Below are positions 55,062-58,902 of a stretch of DNA of 58,902 nt, in pieces. The notes beneath the pieces are model-generated. The model ran no database searches. It was not told where the DNA came from and was given only the letters and a program-made list of their open reading frames with translations. Source of the DNA: an uncultured Candidatus Peribacteria bacterium (GTDB lineage Bacteria > Patescibacteriota > Gracilibacteria > UBA1369 > GCA-2718715); assembly GCA_964451705.1 (NCBI GenBank), contig CAYVIV010000003.1, forward strand, positions 1 to 58,902, in the 5' to 3' direction. How positions within the stretch are numbered: the first letter of the stretch is position 1; each line of letters begins with the position of its first letter. Position numbers and translations under genes: made by a program.

Positions 55062-56203
55062 ATATGTTCTACACAGATAATGTTTCTAAAAACTAATTGA
55101 TTGGGTCTTTCGTAGTGCAAACTTACACTATCTTCCATGCCAAATTTGTTTCGAGGAACAACTGTACGAAAAATATACCCGTAGTCCTTTAATTTTGCAA
55201 ATATTTTTTCGGGATTTTTACTGTATCGAAAAAACTTAAACTGCGGCACACAGATAACTACACAGAAAGACTTATTCGCATTTTGCTTTGCTAAATTAAT
55301 AAAAAAATCAAAATATAACTTTTCTATCACCTCAAAATCTTTTTTAAACTCTAACTCTGTTTCATTACCCTTCTTAGGCGTGCCTAAGTAGCCCTCTGTG
55401 ACAATTAAACTGTTTTCTGGGATATCTATGATCTCAGTAGCATCAAGTGGCTTAAATTCGGCCTGAGAAGATTTAAAATCAACTTTCTTAGATAAAAAAT
55501 CAAGGTTATTCTGAGAACCCTCAATATTTTCTTGTAGGATATCGCTACCTAAAGTTGCAACACCTAACTTTAAAGCTTGAAAACACACAGTCCCCGTACC
55601 ACAAAAAGGATCATAAATCAGGCTTGGTTCTCTAATAGATCCTAAATTAATCATAGTCAAAGCAAGTTTGCTTGGAAGCATTCCCAACTTTGCATCGCGA
55701 TATGGCTTTTCAAAGTCTTCAATACTCAAAGTATCGATATCTTGTACCTGAGAAAATAAAGCTAGATGCAGTTGACGATTAAATTTAAAAATCCCAAAAC
55801 CACCAAACTGCTTGGATTTTTTAGCTTCATGATAAATCGATGCTGTATTTCTAACATCAAAAAATCCAGATTTACGCTGAGTTGCCTTAAAAATCTTCTT
55901 GATTGCTCTCTGCATTTCAGAAATTTTAAACTTTGGTAAAAAGTTAGATTCCAGAAAAAATCTATCGAAATATATATCCTCAGCTTGGATGTAGTCCAAT
56001 ACAAAGTCTAGATCTGTAGTATCAAAAGATTTGATGATTTTATAAGAAACCGGAAAGGAACCAAAATGCTCTAAATTGATATTTGGTATATCACAATAAA
56101 AATACCCATTATAGAAATCTAAAAAACAATTTGTAGAAAATTTAGCAGATATTTCGGCAAAAGTGATTTCTGGAGTCGAAGAAGCCTTTAAAGCATATAA
56201 CAT
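55052..56203 (-). CDS. class I SAM-dependent (Trm11/UPF0020-like) RNA methyltransferase
   Basis: Motif I is IYDPFCGTGTV, followed by LGSDI. The N-terminal half resembles the THUMP-like region of such enzymes. At the motif IV position the protein reads VTEGYLG rather than D/NPPY. Confidence 0.55.
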   Translation of the reverse strand: MLYALKASSTPEITFAEISAKFSTNCFLDFYNGYFYCDIPNINLEHFGSFPVSYKIIKSFDTTDLDFVLDYIQAEDIYFDRFFLESNFLPKFKISEMQRAIKKIFKATQRKSGFFDVRNTASIYHEAKKSKQFGGFGIFKFNRQLHLALFSQVQDIDTLSIEDFEKPYRDAKLGMLPSKLALTMINLGSIREPSLIYDPFCGTGTVCFQALKLGVATLGSDILQENIEGSQNNLDFLSKKVDFKSSQAEFKPLDATEIIDIPENSLIVTEGYLGTPKKGNETELEFKKDFEVIEKLYFDFFINLAKQNANKSFCVVICVPQFKFFRYSKNPEKIFAKLKDYGYIFRTVVPRNKFGMEDSVSLHYERPNQLVFRNIICVEHIPG

Positions 56204-56260
56204 ATATAGAGTTAATTAGAACTACAATATAAAATTGTTATTAAAAAAACAAGACTGCTC

Positions 56261-56288
56261 TTGATTACCAAGCAACTTTTGCTAGTAT
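56261..56288 (+). promoter_or_regulatory. candidate promoter for ssb (TTGATT-N16-TAGTAT)
   Basis: TTGATT at 56261..56266 and TAGTAT at 56283..56288, about 25 nt upstream of the ATG at 56313. Confidence 0.3.
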
Positions 56289-56312
56289 TTAGGCAACCAT
56301 TAACAAATCAAA

Positions 56313-56750
56313 ATGGCAAATTCACTCAACAAAGTCCAATTAATTGGCAACCTAACAAAAGATCCAGAACTAAGACAAACACCAAATGGCAGCAATGTCT
56401 GCTCGTTCACAGTTGCAACAAACCTTACCTGGAAAGATGCAAATGGACAAAAGCAAGACAAAGCAGAATTTCATAACATTGTAGTCTGGGGCAAGCTTGC
56501 AGAAATTTGCGGACAATACCTACAAAAAGGCAAAAAAGTCTATCTAGAAGGCAGATTACAAACCCGAGACTGGGAAGCAGAAGATGGTAGTAAACGTTAT
56601 AAAACAGAAATGGTTGCAGAAAACATGATTATGCTCTCATCTGCAAATTCAGGAGGCTCTGATTCCAACTCTGGCTCAGGTTATGCAGCTCCAGCTGCCG
56701 CACCAGCACAGGCAGATGCAGATATATCTATAGATGATTTACCATTCTAA
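56313..56750 (+). CDS. ssb: single-stranded DNA-binding protein
   Basis: OB fold (NKVQLIGNLTKDPELRQTPNG...F.VA.N...........F..IVVWGKLAE), a G/S/A-rich linker and an acidic tip DDLPF. Confidence 0.95.
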   Translation: MANSLNKVQLIGNLTKDPELRQTPNGSNVCSFTVATNLTWKDANGQKQDKAEFHNIVVWGKLAEICGQYLQKGKKVYLEGRLQTRDWEAEDGSKRYKTEMVAENMIMLSSANSGGSDSNSGSGYAAPAAAPAQADADISIDDLPF

Positions 56751-56766
56751 AGACTCATCAAATAAA

Positions 56767-56910
56767 GTCTGAAAGAGTAACAGTTAATAATAAGCATATA
56801 GCTAGTACTTGACTAACCGAAATCTTACACGACCGCCAGTACTTGTAGAAATCCAGTCGTAACCAGATCAACCAAGCCATGGAGCAGCATCAACTATTAC
56901 TCTTTCAGAC
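56767..56910. repeat. 144-nt element closed by a perfect 14-bp (extendable to 18-bp) long-range inverted repeat; candidate structured RNA
   Basis: gtctgaaagagtaa (56767..56780) is the exact reverse complement of ttactctttcagac (56897..56910). After a 1x1 mismatch, agtt (56782..56785) pairs with aact (56892..56895). Confidence 0.5.
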
Positions 56911-56915
56911 CCTAT

Positions 56916-56943
56916 TTGTATAAAGAACTCTCTTTATTATAGT
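56916..56943 (+). promoter_or_regulatory. candidate promoter for gmk (TTGTAT-N16-TATAGT)
   Basis: TTGTAT at 56916..56921 and TATAGT at 56938..56943, about 40 nt upstream of the ATG at 56985. Confidence 0.3.
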
Positions 56944-56984
56944 CCAAATTAAACATATAGTCAAATTAGATTACAATAAAAATT

Positions 56985-57554
56985 ATGCAAAATGCCAAAC
57001 TCTTCCTAATAATAGGTCCAAGTGGCGTAGGTAAAGGCACTGCACTTAGGATTATCAAAAAAAAACATCCCGAGTGGTTTTTCCCAGTATCATTCACAAC
57101 AAGAAGCAAAAGACCAGCTGAAAAAGATGGAGCAACCTACCATTTTATCAACAAGGCTGAATTCGAAGAAAAAATACAAAACAAGTTCTTCTTAGAATGG
57201 CAAACAGTACACGGTCAAGACTTATATGGAACCGACAGACAATCCATAGAAAATAGTCTCCAAAACGGTGTCCATGCCATACGAGAAATGGATATCCAAG
57301 GTGTTGAAAGTATACTTGCTAAGAAAACTGAGTTACCGATCAAAACAATCTTCATAGCAACTGACAGTTGGCAAACATTACTCAGTAGAATTAATAGACG
57401 CTCAAAACTATCTAAGCAAGAAATCAAAAGACGACATGCAAGTTATTTAAAAGAAATGGAATTTCTTCAAAAATCAGATTATTTAGTATATAGTGATGAG
57501 GGACAGATAAACAAACTTGTCACCGATATTGAAAATATTATAAGTAAATACTAA
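56985..57554 (+). CDS. gmk: guanylate kinase
   Basis: IGPSGVGKGT P-loop, SFTTRSKRPAEKDGATYHF and EWQTVHGQDLYGT. Confidence 0.95.
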   Translation: MQNAKLFLIIGPSGVGKGTALRIIKKKHPEWFFPVSFTTRSKRPAEKDGATYHFINKAEFEEKIQNKFFLEWQTVHGQDLYGTDRQSIENSLQNGVHAIREMDIQGVESILAKKTELPIKTIFIATDSWQTLLSRINRRSKLSKQEIKRRHASYLKEMEFLQKSDYLVYSDEGQINKLVTDIENIISKY

Positions 57555-57556
57555 CT

Positions 57557-57922
57557 ATGCTTAAATCCGTAGTCGCATCTATATCTCTGAATGCACTACT
57601 ACTATATGTAACCACAATAATTACAAGCCTTGTAAGTGTAGAGGGTGGCTTAATTACATATGCTGTATTTGGAGCAATTTTTGGAATTTTAAACACAGTT
57701 CTCAAGCCAGTTTTAAAAATTATAAGCTTACCCATAAAATTCGCAACATTTGGCTTTACTGTAATACTTGTTAACTGTCTTATCTTGTATACCTCTGATT
57801 TAGCAATAGAGATAATGCTTGGTACTGGATTTGACTTAGTAATTGCAAAAGAACTTGCAACTTACATAAAAGTAGGTATCTTATTTGGTGTACTCAACTG
57901 GACAAAAAATTTAATATTTTAA
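57557..57922 (+). CDS. small 4-TM membrane protein, 'phage holin family IV / DUF360'-like
   Basis: FGILNTVLKPVLKIISLPIKFATFGFTVILVNCLILY matches the family's core pattern (lN...rPil..ltlP....TlGlf..v.Na..l). Confidence 0.6.
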   Translation: MLKSVVASISLNALLLYVTTIITSLVSVEGGLITYAVFGAIFGILNTVLKPVLKIISLPIKFATFGFTVILVNCLILYTSDLAIEIMLGTGFDLVIAKELATYIKVGILFGVLNWTKNLIF

Positions 57923-57923
57923 G

Positions 57924-58136
57924 ATGGATTGGTTTCAAATTTCGCATTTAGCAGTAACAATAGTCTTAGCTCTTTTAATACTCACTCAAAACAGAGGAGT
58001 TGGACTTTCTGCAACATTTGGTGGTAGTGGTGAATTTTATGGTCAAAAAAGAGGACCTGAAAAGTTGCTTCACAACGCTACAATTATTTTTGCTCTCTTA
58101 TTCGTAGGACTATCTGTAGCATATTTATTTATCTAA
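57924..58136 (+). CDS. secG: preprotein translocase subunit SecG
   Basis: 70 aa with two TM helices separated by LTQNRGVGLSATFGGSG, a Gly-rich SecG loop. Confidence 0.8.
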   Translation: MDWFQISHLAVTIVLALLILTQNRGVGLSATFGGSGEFYGQKRGPEKLLHNATIIFALLFVGLSVAYLFI

Positions 58137-58137
58137 A

Positions 58138-58902
58138 ATGAATTGTAAATCAGTATTCAAAAACTACTGCTCAAGTAGTAAGTTACGAAGTGTCGCTTTA
58201 TTTAGCTTACTTATACTTACACTCATCTTTAAATCAATATCGACCATTCACAATTGGCATCTTGAAAATCAAGATTTAGAAAGTATTAATATATATAATA
58301 GTGGAGAATTCTTAGGGATTAACCCATTATTTACCAATGGGGATACAAACAATCAAATTCTTAGTCGGTTACTATTCAGAGGACTTGTTAAGTACGACCC
58401 AGAAAAAAATATATATAGTCCTGATTTAGCAGACTTCACAATTTCAAAAGATGCCACAGAGTTTAGCTTTACACTCAAGGAACAACAATATTGGTCTGAT
58501 TCAAGACCTATTACCATAGAAGACATCTTGTATACATATAAAACTGTTATTCAAAATTCAAACTTTACAAATGAATTTCTTAAGGCTCAGTTTTCACAGC
58601 TCATAATAGAACAAAGTCGCGATAATCAAATTACCGTTAAATTACCAAGTTCAAATTCCTTTTTTATAAGTCAGTTTACTCATGGAATCCTGCCAAAGCA
58701 CATATACAAAAATAAAAATATAGAAGATATAACTAAACAAAAAGATGCTCATATAGTCAGTTCAGGCAATTATGAAATAGAGAAAATAAAAGAAAAAAAA
58801 GATCTAGTGCAAATTTATCTTAAAAGTAAACAAACTCAACCCAATATAATTTTTGATATAGGCAGCTATAATCCGGACAATAGCTACAATCTAATACTAG
58901 CC
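58138..58902 (+). CDS. ABC transporter substrate-binding protein, family 5 (peptide/nickel, OppA-like), N-terminal 255 codons
   Basis: Not on the track because there is no stop in the window. Starting at ATG 58138, the protein has a TM/signal anchor. It then reads LFRGLVKYDPEKNIYSPDLADFTISKDATEFSFTLKEQQYWSDSRPITIEDILYTY, the typical SBP_bac_5 N-terminus. Confidence 0.7.
   Translation, partial: MNCKSVFKNYCSSSKLRSVALFSLLILTLIFKSISTIHNWHLENQDLESINIYNSGEFLGINPLFTNGDTNNQILSRLLFRGLVKYDPEKNIYSPDLADFTISKDATEFSFTLKEQQYWSDSRPITIEDILYTYKTVIQNSNFTNEFLKAQFSQLIIEQSRDNQITVKLPSSNSFFISQFTHGILPKHIYKNKNIEDITKQKDAHIVSSGNYEIEKIKEKKDLVQIYLKSKQTQPNIIFDIGSYNPDNSYNLILA

Noticed and set aside
56261-56476. 71-aa forward ORF overlapping the ssb start
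   Set aside because: It is out of frame with an unmistakable ssb (OB fold, DDLPF tail). It starts with a non-ATG codon and its peptide is K/Q/T-rich with no recognisable family.
56861-56892. Resemblance of ACCAGAUCA...GGAGCAGCAUC to the SRP (4.5S) RNA domain IV consensus ACCAGGUCAGGUCCGGAAGGAAGCAGCC
   Set aside because: The conserved 5'-side GG and the GNRA tetraloop are missing (the loop is AGCCA). The flanks also cannot form the long SRP helix 5/8, because the hairpin abuts the 18-bp closing helix. A covariance-model scan would settle this.
1590-57735. All remaining track ORFs of 60-139 aa nested inside long conserved genes. Examples: 1590, 1723, 2848, 3319, 4795, 5873, 9463, 10411, 12143, 12902, 13376, 13431, 14853, 15675, 25132, 29302, 30639, 31281, 34145, 34483, 35350, 37044, 38961, 39665, 40869, 41401, 44306, 46307, 46557, 47375, 49277, 49520, 49975, 52234, 53007, 53365, 55762, 57215 and 57538.
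   Set aside because: Each is antisense or out of frame within a gene that carries clear family motifs. Their compositions are typical of shadow frames in AT-rich DNA.
1-58902. CRISPR arrays, IS elements/transposases, prophage, toxin-antitoxin or known defence genes
   Set aside because: I found no regularly spaced direct repeats. No nuclease-, integrase- or transposase-like ORFs are present either. The 'holin family IV'-like gene at 57557 is a small housekeeping-context membrane protein next to secG and is not phage-linked.

Overview
This is an AT-rich (mid-30s % GC by eye), very gene-dense bacterial chromosome segment read in the standard code. I support about 50 protein genes, including two partial genes at the window edges that are missing from the ORF track. 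There are three singleton tRNA genes, Arg-TCT, Leu-TAG and Asn-GTT, all with encoded CCA. I also call a few sigma70-like promoters and rho-independent terminators. There is no rRNA, CRISPR array, transposase or integrase. Most of the window is housekeeping: tig, rplS, rnhB, proS, infB, rpsA, clpC, ruvB, aspS, dnaE, queA, tsf, rpsB, valS, dcd, ssb, gmk and secG. Interleaved with these are a dTDP-sugar / pyruvyl-transferase operon, a cell-wall hydrolase cluster led by a VirD4-like membrane ATPase, a lipA-pdhABC operon and a STAS/PP2C module. Tiny spacers, TAATG/ATGA overlaps, near-absent Shine-Dalgarno motifs and typical wHTH and sigma-r4/HARE-HTH proteins suggest a reduced CPR/Patescibacteria-like genome; this is inference only. 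The best candidate for a new system is 35525..39336. There, a secreted-PKD + 7TM membrane protein ending in -Glu-Glu is translationally coupled to a cytoplasmic fusion protein. That fusion combines a RimK-like ATP-grasp ligase, a degenerate retropepsin-like module and a DUF1704/MATCAP-like (HExxxH, QEGLA) carboxypeptidase. This looks like a writer/eraser pair for a C-terminal peptide tail. All family calls come from reading motifs by eye and have not been checked by any search.
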